From contig NC_087437.1 of assembly GCF_036321535.1 (NCBI RefSeq), positions 35,714,001-35,778,000 on the forward strand: 64,000 nucleotides of DNA, given 5' to 3'. Positions 1 to 13,330 of the stretch are shown in pieces. Numbering within the stretch: the stretch's first letter is position 1; each line of letters starts with the position of its first letter. This DNA comes from Camelus dromedarius (taxonomy: Eukaryota). The position numbers and the translations under genes are program-made. Below the pieces are notes generated by a model. That model saw nothing but the letters and a program-made list of their open reading frames with translations, had not been told where the DNA came from and ran no database searches.

Positions 1-1313
1 CCCAGGGTCACTTTGTACAAACAGGACATCTCCTCCTGCTTCCATATTAGAGAGGTGTTGTTCTCAGAAAAGTAGGAGATGGGAAACCAAACATTTAAAT
101 CAATTGGTGTTCCTATTTCTTTTTTTCCTTATAATAATATTTTAGGTTATACGATATTGAGCCAGGTTTCAAATTTTAGCACATTTGACTTGAAACCAAA
201 ATCACTTCCATTTTGTTTTCTACTAAGAACACTTGCGTAGAAACATAAAAACCAATAAAACATGCAAAAATGGATAAGTTGCAGATGTGTGTGCACGTGA
301 GAAATCACTAGGCAGTTGGGTCTTCTAAACTTAGAAAATTATTTTAGGGTCATTAGTTTTGATTGCATGTATCCTTTGTAAGAACACTGAATGTTTTGTG
401 ACCAATTATTATAGGGAAGACTATTACTGGAAGCAGTTGAAAGGTAATTAGAGAAAGGGAAATTAATTTATTTGCTTAGAGAGAATTACATGAATAAAAT
501 CTCCTTTTAATTTTAAATTAAGTTATGACTTTAAATATGTATCATAAAATTAATAGGGGACTCAGACCCACTGATCTGTGATTTGTTTGAAAATTTGATT
601 TTTTATTTCTTTTGTTGGTTGAGTGACTTTATGTTCACGCAAATGCTAGTATTCTATTAACTAAGTCTTGCTTCATGTTGCTTGAAAAATAGTAATAAAA
701 TCAGTTCCAAAGTGTTAAGAAGTCAAATTTCCCAAATTCTAGCAAGGCAATCATTGAGTATTTAAGATTATGTATATAGAAACATAATGAACTATGGAAC
801 ATACAGAAATATAGGAGTTGTCTCAGAAGAGTATTTCCTGAATGCAGCTGGATAATTTAAATGAATCAAAATTGATATAGCCTTGCAGTTAATAAAAATG
901 ATGAGTAATAGAGACTTCTAATAATAGAATAAGAACCGTTATTATTTTCAACTTTGTAATATTTAAATTAATTTAATTTTTCACTTGTCTTCTTCCTTTT
1001 TACTTTATCTTTTTCTGCCACAACTGGGAACCTTTCCTGTCTTAAAAGTGGAACTAAAAGTTCTACTAAGAGGCAGTTTGGTTTCTAATAATGCTTTGGC
1101 TGTGTCTTGGAGTACTTTAGATTATTTGGAAGGATGCAAAAACAGTTCACTTTAAAGTATAAAACTTGACATTCTTATCAAAGCAAAAGGGAACAAAGTT
1201 AATAGGTAATTTTATGTCTGGGTACATTGGCTCTGTTATCATCTGTAATGCCTGATGGAGAAGGGTGTGATGTCACTGAAAGGAAAGATATTCCTATTGG
1301 GCAGAAATTGAGA

Positions 1314-1400
1314 AATCATAGAATTGAATTATAGAAGGGTCCTTGGGAATCAAATCAACCGCCTTCCATCTCACAAATGAGGAAATGGCTGTTCAGAAAG
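1314..1400 (-). mobile_element. MIR-family SINE fragment (MIR3/MIRc-like)
   Basis: 'atcatagaat...gaagggtccttgggaatc...ccatctcacaaatgaggaaa' resembles the MIR core (recalled consensus). Confidence 0.55.
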
Positions 1401-2224
1401 TGTTCAAATTTCGTCTCTTGTTAGTTCTCTCTCACTTTTAAGCAGGGCATTGTAAATGACTGAATTGTCTGAAAATGAAGTTTTTATTTAAAGATAATGG
1501 CAAAAGATATGAAGGACTGGCAACTGTTGAAGAATAATGTGGCTATGAAATCAGCTTTTCTCTCTCGTGCTTAGGAGAAAAGAATATTTTCCACATGATG
1601 TTTCTTACAAGAAATAGAGAAAAATTTCAACCTTGTCACCGATGTTCATTGTGGCATGAATTCTCAGAAGCAGCTCGGAAGCAATGGTAACTAGTCTACA
1701 TGCCAATGGAAATTGACCATGATGTGATTTTGGTACCCAAGCCAAAGTGTTTAACATTTAGATTATGTTTTCCAGTTAGCTGCTTTTAAAAAAACAATTT
1801 AGGGTATAATGTCTTATGATGCTTTAAACCAGATGTCTCTGTTTCTAGGCTTTTAAAATTTATACAAATTATCTACTGTGATATAGCAAACCAAATTTTA
1901 GTGTTATTCCACATGTTTAAACACTTGTGTTTCTCAAATACAGTTAAAATTCGTGTATATGTATGTGTGCACATGTATGTAAAGTTCTTGCCACTAAGTC
2001 TCACTCTCCAGACTTTTGATTATTTTAGCTTTTTCTTTTAGTATTACCTCCACATATTTGATATTTACCAAATTTAGTTAATAATTGTTTTCTGTTACAA
2101 TGAAGGTTTAATTCACTTATGTAACTACCTATTCTTTCATCCTCCTCTTTTAATTATATATTATTCATTTTGTTTAATGTGTACTCAGTGTTATGTAAAT
2201 TAATTACTGGAACACCCAACACAG

Positions 2225-2227
2225 TCT

Positions 2228-2289
<62 letters not shown>

Positions 2290-2460
2290 TTTCTTCCTTT
2301 CTTCCTTTCTTCCTTTCTTCCTTTCTTCCTTTCTTCCTTTCTTCCTTTCTTCCTTTCTTCCTTTCTTCCTTTCTTCCTTTCTTCCTTTCCTTTCTTTCTT
2401 CCTTTCTTTCATTTCTTTCTTTTCTTCCTTCTTCCTTCCTTCCTTCTTTTTTCATTCTTT
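2225..2460. repeat. Compound pyrimidine microsatellite: (CTTT)14 + (CTTCCTTT)13 + degenerate tail
   Basis: Read directly: CTTT units 2229-2284, CTTCCTTT units 2285-2388, no purine from 2225 to 2410. Confidence 0.98.
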
Positions 2461-2539
2461 CAATTGTCTTTCTTTTCAAAAATTTTTCTAATAGCAAATA
2501 CTTAGTCCTTTTTATCTACCTGTTAATATTTTAATTGTT

Positions 2540-2730
2540 TCACATATATTTGCTCAATTTACCCTCATAATAATCTTATAATGTAGACACTATTATTATC
2601 ACTATTTTATAAACAGGGAAACTGAAGACCAGAGAAGAAGAGTCAGTGGTAAAAGTCACACAGCTCCTAGTGAGGAATAGAGCTAGGATTTGGAGCCAGG
2701 CAATGTGATTTCAGAGTCATAATGTTGAAC
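2540..2730 (-). mobile_element. MIR SINE
   Basis: 'tattattatcactattttataaacagggaaactgaag...aaagtcacacagct...gagctaggatttggagccaggca' matches the MIR core and tRNA-derived end in antisense. Confidence 0.85.
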
Positions 2731-3930
2731 ACAATATTAATTTCTTGTTATGTTTAGTTTTTCAAAAGCACAATCATATGAGAAATTTCTATCATTTATT
2801 ACCCATCAGGAAAAAAATGCCTCCTAGAGTCTGTTTTTTGTTTTATTTTTGTCAGCATTAGAAAATGAGAGAAGAAAAGGGGTATTAGACTATGTTTTCA
2901 GGTTGCTGTGGCAAATGAGAATTATTGTTTGGAACTGTTACTGCTCCAGGAATGTCATCTGATCAGGACTCTAATGACATCTGAGGCGCAGAAGACAGTT
3001 TATTTTAAGCTAGGAGAGAAACTTAGGGAGTTGCATCAAAGGGGCCTTTCCAGGTAGATCCAGTCCCCTCACTTTTCTCAGTCTGTGCTGGAATTTTTCC
3101 TTACTTTCTGGATTTTTTTTGATAACTGAAGTCTCAATTTAACCTTAGTGGATTTTTAAAGTAATTATTTTGTTTCAGTTTCCTGTGCACTTTCTGGTTT
3201 CTGGCGGTGACACAGCTGCCCATCTGGTTAATTGTTTCCATGTGGTCTTCATTTCAGACCTGCCTGCTTTTTTCTCTTCCCCTCCCTGCTGACTCCCAGC
3301 ATCCCTTCCCCACACGAAAGGGCAGGGAGGGCTACCTGCTGTCGGACAGTCGGCCGTCCCTAACCTGCGGGCTCTCTGCTCTCACTTGTCTCTAGGTGGT
3401 CATCCTTAGGAAACTGTGAAGATAGACTTAACCTCAAGGCTCGGGTATTAACCTTTCTGTTCTCAACTTCTGGCAATTTCATTTGAGTAAACTTGAAAAA
3501 AAAATGCTTAGATTAAAGCTGACTGTTGAGAGTAAATGACAGATTTGGCTTTATGATGTAGGAGGTTCGAGGGTTATTTTCCTTAATTTAGTATCTTCTG
3601 CAGTAGAAACTTATGGATGAATTGAGCCTCTGGGTAAAAAATGCATTGGTTGCTATAATACAAAAAGGAATCTCATCAGATCTCACATATCCAGTGTTAT
3701 TTCATATTAAAACCTAATATAAACTCTTCTCTCCTTTTTGTCTTTGCCAGACAATAATATCCCTTTCTTGGGTTCCCACCTGTAGATTCTAGATGTCCTT
3801 GATTTCAGACTCCTGGGAGGCTGTTAAAACGCATTGTCCTCGTCAGACCATAAAGAAACCAGTGGTGAAGGGAGATGGAGTCACTATGAATTCATCAAGG
3901 ACCATGGTTTCATGAGAAGTGAAAATCACA

Positions 3931-4140
3931 ATTAGGAGGGGAGCGACAAGATAGGAAGAGGAGTTTAAGAGGTACAAACTACTACGTATAAAATAATCTA
4001 CAAGGATTGTAGAGCACAGGGAATGTAGTCAATATTTTATAATGAACTATAAGTGGAATATAATCTATAAAAAATTTGAATCACGATGTTACACCTGAAA
4101 ATAATGTAATATTGTAAATCAACTATACCTCAATAAAAAA
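3931..4140 (+). mobile_element. 5'-truncated L1 3' end (laurasiatherian type) with poly(A)
   Basis: 'gaggtacaaactact...agcacagggaat...acacctgaaaataatgtaatattgtaaatcaactatacctcaataaaaaa'; direct repeat aaaatcaca at 3922-3930 and 4141-4149 (likely TSD). Confidence 0.85.
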
Positions 4141-4623
4141 AAAATCACAGATATTAAATAGGTGCATGAAAAATCCAGTCAAGCTCCAGACAAGTGTTGA
4201 GATCTTAGGACTCTAATCCACAGTAAAGATGTGATGTAACTTTAGTTATCCTGGAGGACCAAGGGACAGTCATTTCTAGGGTCATCCATTCACCAAGGAT
4301 AGAATTAATGAGAGTTATCAAGCCTTTGGTAAACAGGGATAAAAAGGGTGAGATAAGAGAACATCCCCTCTCTGGGCTGAAGACAACAGTCATCAGGTCA
4401 ACAAAACCACAGGGGCTCTTTCTATCCCCCATTCAAAGTGATCTGTTGTGCAGTGATGGAGCTAGCGCATAGTGATTTAGGATGCAGATGTGTGAGAGAG
4501 AGAAGCAACAGAACCTACCCAGATGACTATACAATAGGGGCCAGGTAAGTTGCCTTATTTCTCCATGGACCATTTAGAAAAGCTGTCACTTGATATTGTT
4601 AGTAAAGCTGTTAGCTTTTTGGC

Positions 4624-5365
4624 TTTATTTTTTATTGTGATGAAGCATACATATATAAAATTGACAATTTTGACTATTTTTAAGTGTACAGTTCTGTGAT
4701 ATAAGTACATTCACATTGTTCATACAACGACTCTCCAGAGCTCTTCTCATCTTGCAAAACTGAAGCTCTATACTCATTAAACAACTGCCCATTCTCCCTT
4801 TTCTCCAGCCCGAGAAACAATCATTCTATTTTCTGTCTTTATGTTTTGACTACTCTAGGTATTTCATGTAAGTAGAATCCTACAGTATTTGTCTTTTGGT
4901 GACTAGCTTATTTCACTTGGCCTAATGTCCTCAAGGTTCATTCATGTTGCAGCATGAGTCACAACTTCCTTACTTTCTAAAGTTAATATCCCATTGCATG
5001 CATATACCACATTTTGTTATCCATTCATCTATCCATGGACACTCCAGTTGCTTCCGTGTTTTGACTCTTGTGAATAATGCTGCTGTAAACATTGGTATGC
5101 AGGTGTTTGCTAAAGTATCTGCTTTAATTTCTTTTGAAAATATACCCAGAAGTAGAATTGCTGGATTAAAAGGAAATTCTGTTTAAATTTTTGAAGAATC
5201 ACCACTGTATCTTCCACAGTGACTGAGAATTTTATAATCCCACCAGAAATGCACAAAGATTCCAATTCCCCTACATTCTTGCCAACATGTGTTTATTTAT
5301 TTACTACTTACCTGATAAGAGCCATCCTAATGGGTATGAAATGGTAGGTATCGCATTGTCTCCTT
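4624..5365 (-). mobile_element. L1 (L1MB-like) 3' end
   Basis: T-rich tail, 'aagtgtacagttctgtg...tacattcacattgtt', 'tatacccagaagtagaattgctggat'; typical antisense L1 3'UTR/ORF2 end. Confidence 0.88.
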
Positions 5366-6199
5366 GTGGTTTTGTTGACCTGATGACTCAAGGCTAAGAC
5401 CATAAGAAATTTCCAAGGACCTCTTCGTGCTATGACAACCATCTTAAATACTGTCAGAGATAATGTGTATTATACACAGTAACAGTAAAATGAGTAGTGA
5501 AAATGTGCTAGAACCAGAGATCTGTTGTCTCCAAGAGAGACGAGATACAAGTAGCCCAGGGTTTGAGTTCTAATTTTGAAAAGCTGATTATTGTTGGAAG
5601 TAATGATTTGAATGGCATTGGTCATATTAAAAAAAAGTCATTAGTTGTTTCCAGTGGGGTTACCTTATAACCTTACCGTACAACTCATCTCTTGTATATT
5701 GTCTCATATTGTTTTCTAAATATTTGTATTGCTTCTATTAGAACTTGAGCTCTTGGAATCAGAGGCCTGTGTCATAATTGTTCGCCATACTTCACAGAAC
5801 AGATATTACTGAAGAGAAGAAGATTAAATATAGTCTTTGCCTTATGTTAGCCATGTGATTGTAAAATAAGGTGATTTTTTTATTTAAAAAATTGAAAATA
5901 AGAACAAAACTGAAAGAGACCTCACGCTCTTGGCAGTCTTGTCAGACTGCTTTGGGATTGGCTTGAGGAAGAGGGTTTATGGCACTAAAAGGAATTCCTT
6001 ATTCTTTACTGAGCTGTGGTTTTGTAACTCTTGGTGCTTAAGGCAATATATATCTGTGCTTGGCGGGTTTTTACTTTACCCTATTAAACTCTGGGGATGT
6101 TAGTGACTTTCCTCTTCCCCCTCCTTCTGAGTTTTCAAAGAGTTTTTCTGCCTAATTTTCTCTAAGAAGTTATTGCTGTTCTAGTTTTAAAAATTCAGT

Positions 6200-6815
6200 T
6201 GGTATTTTCTTAGGATAGCATTTCATTTACAGATCAACTTAGGAAGAACTGAACCTACTGAAAGGACATTTATTCAGTTCTGTGTGTTCTCATAATGCTT
6301 TAAAAATGTCTAATAAAGTTCTATAGATTTCTTGATGAGTTCATCCAAGGTATTTTATTATTATTATTTGTAGTTCTTGCTATTGAAAGTGGTATATATT
6401 CTTTCTTCCTTCTTCTAAATATAAAAGCTATTGATTTCTTCATATCAATCTTGTATTCCATTATCTCACTGCATTATCTTGCTGTCAGTAGTTTTTACAA
6501 TTGATTTTCAAGGGTTTTCAGGTATTTAATCAATAAATAGTGACATCTTTATCACCTCTTTAGTTTTCTTACATCATATTTCTTTCTCTATGTACAATGG
6601 CTAATACCTCTAATAAGATGTTAAGTAATGCTGGTGAGTGTGGCCTTTCTTGACATTTTTCTAATTTTAGTGAGAATAATGGTATTAATTTTTCCAGGAA
6701 AATGATACTGAGTTTGGATGTTTATAGATTTTTTTGTATTCCTACTTTATAGATTGTTTTAAAATAAAGAATGGTGGTTGAAGTTATCAAATGTCTTTTC
6801 AACATCCATGAAAAT
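6200..6815 (-). mobile_element. Old L1M ORF2 fragment
   Basis: 'aaaagctattgatttc...atcttgtattcc', 'ggctaatacctctaataagatgtt', 'ggttgaagttatcaaatgtcttttc' resemble antisense L1 ORF2. Confidence 0.65.
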
Positions 6816-9800
6816 AATCATATGTATATATGTGTATAACTATGTATATGTTTATATTCATACAAGTTTATTTCATTTTTTTCCCAAAGGAGCTACTCTT
6901 GAATGTGCATGGACATTTTATCCTTGCATAAATGATTTCATATTTATATTTTGTTTCATATTTTCTCCTAATATGTTATATTTACCTCTTTATAGCTGTC
7001 TGTTTTTAGGTATACCTCTTTTGACCTCCGTGTGCTATATTTTCACCTTATCATTAATTTTTTGTTTCATGGTATTTATGTATTATTAAGGGCAAAACCT
7101 GAGGCCCTCTATAACTTATTTCCTAAAAGAAATATTTAGTTGTTTATTTGTGTTAAATACAGCATATTCTTTCTTTATCTTTTTAGTGCTGCATTTTTTC
7201 CTGTCTGCTTTAGAATTTCAAAAATAGTTCATGTTACTTTCTGTTGCTGTTTTTTGTTTGTTTTTTTAAATTAAACTTTGCAAAAGAATATCTTATTCAG
7301 GACTTTTATTTACATCCAAATTGGGTAGGATGATTACCCTTGTATCTTAGGATCTTCTTCTCAGATCTTAAGCTGTTTTATTTTTGTTTTTATTTGCTGG
7401 TAAAGTTGATCTGAGAAGAAATTGATTTGATTTTGTGGGAAATACCACTGGTGAATTAATTTGCTAATTTGGCAGAAGATTGCATATTGAAGGTGAAATA
7501 GAGCTCAAGATTTCACCTTCTTGTCCTCAAAAGATATTACAGAATAGTTTCTTGCTAGGTTTGTTTAGTTCCTTGCAGGGATTCAGATTGCTCCCACATT
7601 TTATAAACCTTCGGTCATTTTAATCAGCTTAGCAGTGGCTTAGAGCCTTCCTGTGCTCAAGTTACTAGTTTCAGAAAATTATAAGCAGAGTCTTAGTGCT
7701 AGAATACACTAAGTGCTTAATAAATAATAGTTGTTACCATTCGTGTTAATTTATTTTACCAAGGTTCTTATTTCACACTTGATTATATTCTAATCCCAGA
7801 CTAAGTCATTGCTTTAAATTTTGTTTATGATTACAGGAGTCGTTAAGATCTTTTTGTTGTTCTAGTTCTAAAGTTTTGTCTGTTCATTTAGTTTTACTCA
7901 AAATTACCCTTCCTTGACATCCTGGTTTTTGTCTTCTTTGGATTCTGGTTCTACCAACCATATTCATTCATTCATTTATTCATTCTTTATATTCTGCCTT
8001 TTCCATTGATCGCGGTGCTCTCCAGCTGGCTAGGATCAAGTGGCCTCCCTTTTGTCACTCAATGCTCCGTTCACTTTCTCTTCCTCTTCCCTGTATTCTT
8101 AGTCTTCAGAAGTCCTCTTCACCTTTGCATAATACCAACAACTTACATCATACCTTTGACCTAATACAACTCATTTCATCCTTTTTGATGATTTTCTCCA
8201 AGTCACATATAAACAGTACAGTGTGTATTGACAAGAACCCACTTTTATTCCTGCAGGGTCTTTTGTGCCTTCAGAGGGTTTTAGAGTTCAAAGACATCAT
8301 GGAACCCAGCATCACACCATCATTTTGCAAATCTCAGGCCTCAGATAGTAAGTTAGTGACTCAATTACACAATGTGACTCATATAAAGAGTACCTGGTTT
8401 GGATAAATTTTTGAAAATTTCTGATGTATTTAAAACACTCAAAGTCCAGTTTTTATATTATCATCTACATCACCATCCATGAGCCTGGGAAAGTTTCCAG
8501 AGTCACAAGAATTTTGAAAGGAAGGTCTTTTTCTACCAATGTAAATAGTTTTCTTTGAAAGAGTAGTTGATGTTTGACTTGGTGAAGAATTGGGAGTAAT
8601 GTTGTAGCTTCAGAGGCTCCGTGTTTGAGTCACACAGAGACTACATTTCTCCTCTGACCTTGAGTAGAACGTGTCTAGTACCCTCTCATTACAAAAAAGA
8701 ACTGACAGAAATGTCTTTCACATAGAAGCAAGTACTAATGATTCGTAGAATAACTTACACAGCTAGAATTTAAGATTATATTAAACATATCAAATCTGTT
8801 TGTTAAAGTTACCACGAGAAATGTGTGCTCGCAAGAATTATATGTATAGATACATGCATATATTTTCCATAGGGATTTCACACACATGCACACACTCACA
8901 TATGTAGGACAAAAGAGATATATCTGGTCAATAATGAAAATGGCTCGTTATTGCTTAAGTTTCTTTGTACTTGTGTGATCTTGAATAAATCACACTTCAT
9001 TATTCTCTCCTCCTATACTTTTTCATCCCTTTCCCAAAGATTGTTATATATTGATTTAATCTTTATTTCTTTAATGTTACAATTTTAACTGGGTGGGTAA
9101 TCTCATTCGAAATACTTGGAAAGTTAATGTTTTGGCACAAAAATGATTGATATGCAGCAATCCCTTTAAAATTATTTTCTGTTATCACATGACTCCTCAT
9201 TTCACCTGCAGTTAATTGGGGACTTAAAATTATTCTCAAACAGATACAATTTTAAAGAAGTTTTTTTTTTTTTTTTTTTAAAGAAAACATCTCACTCAGC
9301 ATATTTGCATAGCGGGCACCTCTAAAGAAATTTCTAAACGTTTCAATCTTTTCTAACATCATTATAAATGACTTTATGACAAATGCAAATTTTCTTCCTT
9401 GTTCTTTGGGAAGTACCAATCAGACGTGGATTTGAGTGACATCTCTTTTAAGGAAGAACAAAGGAAACCGGCAGCTCAAATAATCATAAAATCCTGACTT
9501 ATTACTGTCACAATGATTGCCTAAGCTTTAAAAAAGAAACGGGCCATTAATGGTATAATGTAAATAATTGCGTAGGCTCTGAGATGATTAGTTAGCAAGG
9601 TGGCAGAATTATCTTGTCAAAAATAAAGTGTTTTAAAATATCTGAAAAGGAACTCTAAAATATCCATTCTAATAATGAAAACCATGACATCCAGCACTAC
9701 TATGCCCAGAATAATAACTGAAAATGGGATTCTGTATTTTTCAATAAAAATGCTTGTAAAGAAAATATTGAAGTTGTTGTCTCTTAATCTTCAGTTCACA

Positions 9801-9949
9801 ATAAAATGCCATTCTAGCAGTTGAGCTGTATCAAAATTGAAATGCTACATCTTGAGATCCTACTAAGTCCTGCAAACACAGTCCTATTTTATTTTTTGTG
9901 AGTTACTTCTGTTGTCAGTATTGTCTTTGGTATAATAGATTATATTGTT

Positions 9950-10150
9950 GATGACTTATTGTCTGCTAGCCATTGTTCTAAATCTTTTACACTTTAAAGT
10001 CACATTTATTTCTCACCTCAACCCTGTGAAGGAATTACTATTATTGTGCTCCATTAATGGATGTGAAAATTATGGTTTGAGAGTATAATTAACTTGGTCA
10101 AAGTCATATAGCTAGTATGGGGCAGAAATAGGATTTGAATACAAGTCAGT
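9950..10150 (-). mobile_element. MIR SINE
   Basis: 'aaccctgtgaagg...tactattattg...aacttggtcaaagtcatatagctagt...ggatttgaatac'. Confidence 0.8.
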
Positions 10151-10663
10151 TCTTCGTTATCTTCAAAAATGACTCAAATATAACTTTAATTTCTATTTTT
10201 ATATGGAATATTCGAAAACAGAAAATTCAATGATTACATGACATTTCATCATTTGGACATACATTTTCTTAATCATTCTGACATTTTTCTTAGGAAATGG
10301 TGCTAGAAGAAGTATTACTGGTTAAAATGAATTCACTTTTTAGAAAGTTTTCGATAAATATTGCCTGTTTTCAGAAATTTATACTTCTACCAGTGGTATG
10401 TGAAAGTATTCTGTTTACTTCCATCTAGCTTCTAATAAGTATTTTTTTTTTAAAGTTTACTTGAAAGGCAATACATTTTCTCTCTTGTTGGCTATTTTTA
10501 AGCAGAATATTATATATATATATAAACAAAAATAAAATTAATTGTAGGTTGTTGGCAATTAACAAAAACTCTCAATATGTTACTTTCTTATCAATATTTA
10601 TTAGTTATTTCAGTCGTTAGTTAAGCTCATTCTGTTTACCAGAAAATACGAGGTTTTCAAGTT

Positions 10664-10713
10664 CACCAGAAATTGACACATTGTAAACCGACTGTACTTG
10701 AATTAAAAAAAAA
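10664..10713 (+). mobile_element. Very short L1 3'-terminal fragment with A-tail
   Basis: caccagaaattgacacatt (10664-10682) is identical to 59859-59877 in the long L1 of this window, then 'gtaaaccgactgtacttgaatt' and A9. Confidence 0.8.
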
Positions 10714-11732
10714 GATAAATAAGGTCCACTTTGGTACTTCAGTAGCCTTGATAGAAAGCTGTATGACAGCAGTAATGATCCTGCATGCTGAATTCTATAA
10801 TAGGAGTGAAAAGGTGTTTTTGAGCTCTGAAGTCTTAGAAAACTTCCTGGAGGAGATGACATTTGCACTTTGTCTTGATGGATGAATAGAGATTTGTAAA
10901 ATAGTGACACATGGGAGTATTTTATGAAAGACATAGAGCATAACCAAAGTGAGGAGGCATGAAAACAAAGGAAATGGTAAAAAGAAAAAAATCAAGTTTT
11001 TACTGGAGCACTGAATGAGTGTGGTTCACAGAACTACAAGGGGTAGAACATGAAAGATTGTAGCAAGGCGTGAAGAGCCTTTTTGTGTGTTAGAATGAAA
11101 TGTCAATAAATGAAATCACTATTTAATTGTAATGAACAATTTCAGCCTTGGCAACTCATTTAAAAAGGCATGTTTGTAATTAGGAATTCAAGATCTGATT
11201 ATTTCTTTTAATTACTCCAATTTTGTAGCAAATTATTTTTAAATATCCCAATGATGATAATTGGTACCTTCTAAAGAGTGATTTAAAATCTTCTAATAGT
11301 CACACTTGTCTCCTCCAGTTTTATGTCTCATAGTTCCTCAAAAATGCCCAACAACTGGTCCAGACAAAACATCTCTGTAATGTCTCCAATAAACACTATG
11401 CTGCTTTTGACTTTAGCCATTTCACTCATTTGTTCTTGCATGAAATGAGCTCCCTCTGCTCTCCTCTCAGTTCTCCATGTTTAACATACCCATCAAGACG
11501 AAGTTAAACACTTGCTCTTATGTAAGTCTTTCAGCTCCTACTGGAAAATAATTTATAGCACTGATATTCCCTGTACCCCATCTTTACATTTTGTGTGTTG
11601 TCTTTTTCTTCGCGGATTTCATAATTCATAAAATTGAGCTTTTGGGGATTTATACATCATTTTCCATTCTTACAGACAAAATTAGACCAAGAAACTGCCT
11701 AAAGATCTACTAATGACTATTTTGTGCATTTT

Positions 11733-13330
11733 TTCATTCATTCACTTTTCAAGTAATTATTGTCTGCCTAGTACATCAGATCACTTGCCAGGTACTGAAG
11801 ATCAGAAGCTAACATGGTTCATGTTCTTCAGAAGGAGTTCAGAGTCTAATGGGAAGCTCGATATTTAAGTAAATTTGAGGGGTTATTTATATGATGTAGA
11901 GGTGTTGCAGTGGAGGAAAACAGCAACTCTTCCATTGTGGCTGGATATGGGAGTTGAGGTGGTGAAATTCAGTGAACGCTTTATGGAAGGGGGGAATGTT
12001 TATAGGTTTGTGAGGAATGGGGTGTTTAATAGGCTAAGAAATACATATATATATATATTTCTAGAGAGAAGAAGGAGCATCATATACTAATGAGCAGAGA
12101 AGGCATATCAGGGAGCTTCCGATGCTGTGGTATGGTTGGATCATGAGGTTAGGAGCAGTGACAGCACAAGATGAGACTAATAAGGCAGATGAAGGCCTTC
12201 ATGACTTCCAGCAGAGTTTGGGGTTTATCTTGAAATTGAAGGGACAGTCTTGAATGATTTAATCAGTTTGGTACCATGATCACATTTGTGTATTCAAAAT
12301 ATTACCCTTGTGGAATGTTGGAAAATTGATGGAGAATAGAAAAAAAAATAAAAAGGGACAAAGTTAAGAATCTGTTTTAGTAGTCAGGTAAGGAAGGTTT
12401 TGTGATTGGTAGTGGGAAGAGAAAGAAGGATAAAAGTATTTTTTTCAGATAAAATAGACAAAATTTTGTTACTGATTGGATATAGCAAGTGGAGGAAGAT
12501 GATACAGTATTCCCCCTTATCTCAAGGGATATGTGCTAAGACACTCCATGGATGCCTGAAACCCCAGGAAGTACCATACCCTGTATATACTTTGTTTTTC
12601 CCTATACATGCATACCTATGATAAGGTTTATTTTATAAATTAGACACAGTAAGAGAATATCCAAATTGCCAGCATCACTACTCTTATGCCTTGCAGCCAC
12701 TATTGAGTAAAATAAGGGTTAATTGAACACATGTGTTGTGATACCCAACAGTTAGTCTGATAGTGGAGGCAGCTACTAAGTGTCTTATGGGTGGGTAGCA
12801 GATATAGTGTGGATATGCTCGACAAAAGGATGATTCACACTCAGGGAGTATGGAACAGGATGGCCTGAAGATTCCACCATGCTACCCAGAATGGCATCAC
12901 AATTTAAAACTAGTGAATTGTTTGTTATTGGAATTTTCCCTTTATTATTTATTAACCACAGTTGACCCATGGATAATTGAACCTGTGAAAAGCGAAATCA
13001 CAGGTAAGCAGGGGTGGTCTACTGTACCTAGATTTTTCTGCTTAGATTACTGGATGGTACATTACCTAAGACAAGACAGGATGAGAAACTGTTTGGATGA
13101 TGGATACCTATATTCTGTTCTATAATTGCTGATTTAGAGGCTGCTGTGGGTCCAGGAAACAGTCATTTGTAAAATAGGCTATTGGATAAATGTCTTGGAC
13201 TTAAAAAGAAAGATCTGAGCTGAGGATATAGATTTGGTTCAGAATAGACATGGGTAAAATCACTCAGAAAGATGCTCAAGAATGTAAAACAGTGGGCCAG
13301 GGACGTACTCTTGAGGGACACAGGTACCTA
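11733..13330 (-). mobile_element. L2 LINE remnant, interrupted by MER44
   Basis: Starts with the L2 tail 'ttcattcattcac', then 'ggagttcagagtctaatggga', 'agagtttggggtttatcttgaa', 'gatctgagctgaggatatagatttgg'. Confidence 0.7.
12505..13024 (-). mobile_element. TcMar-Tigger MITE, MER44 (MER44B-sized, Tigger7 derivative)
   Basis: Ends cagtattcccccttat... / ...gtaagcaggggtggtctactg; TA at 12503-12504 and 13025-13026 (TSD); internal 'aattgccagcatcactactctt...aataagggt' matches recalled MER44. Confidence 0.88.

Noticed and set aside
2170..2505. ORFs of 111, 97 and 70 aa with FFLS or ERKK repeats
   Set aside because: They are translations of the CTTT/CTTCCTTT microsatellite, which has no stop codons.
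9250..9286. ttttaaagaa repeated around a poly(T) run, as a possible poly(A)-only insertion
   Set aside because: The repeat is short, low-complexity and does not fit L1 TSD geometry; slippage explains it.
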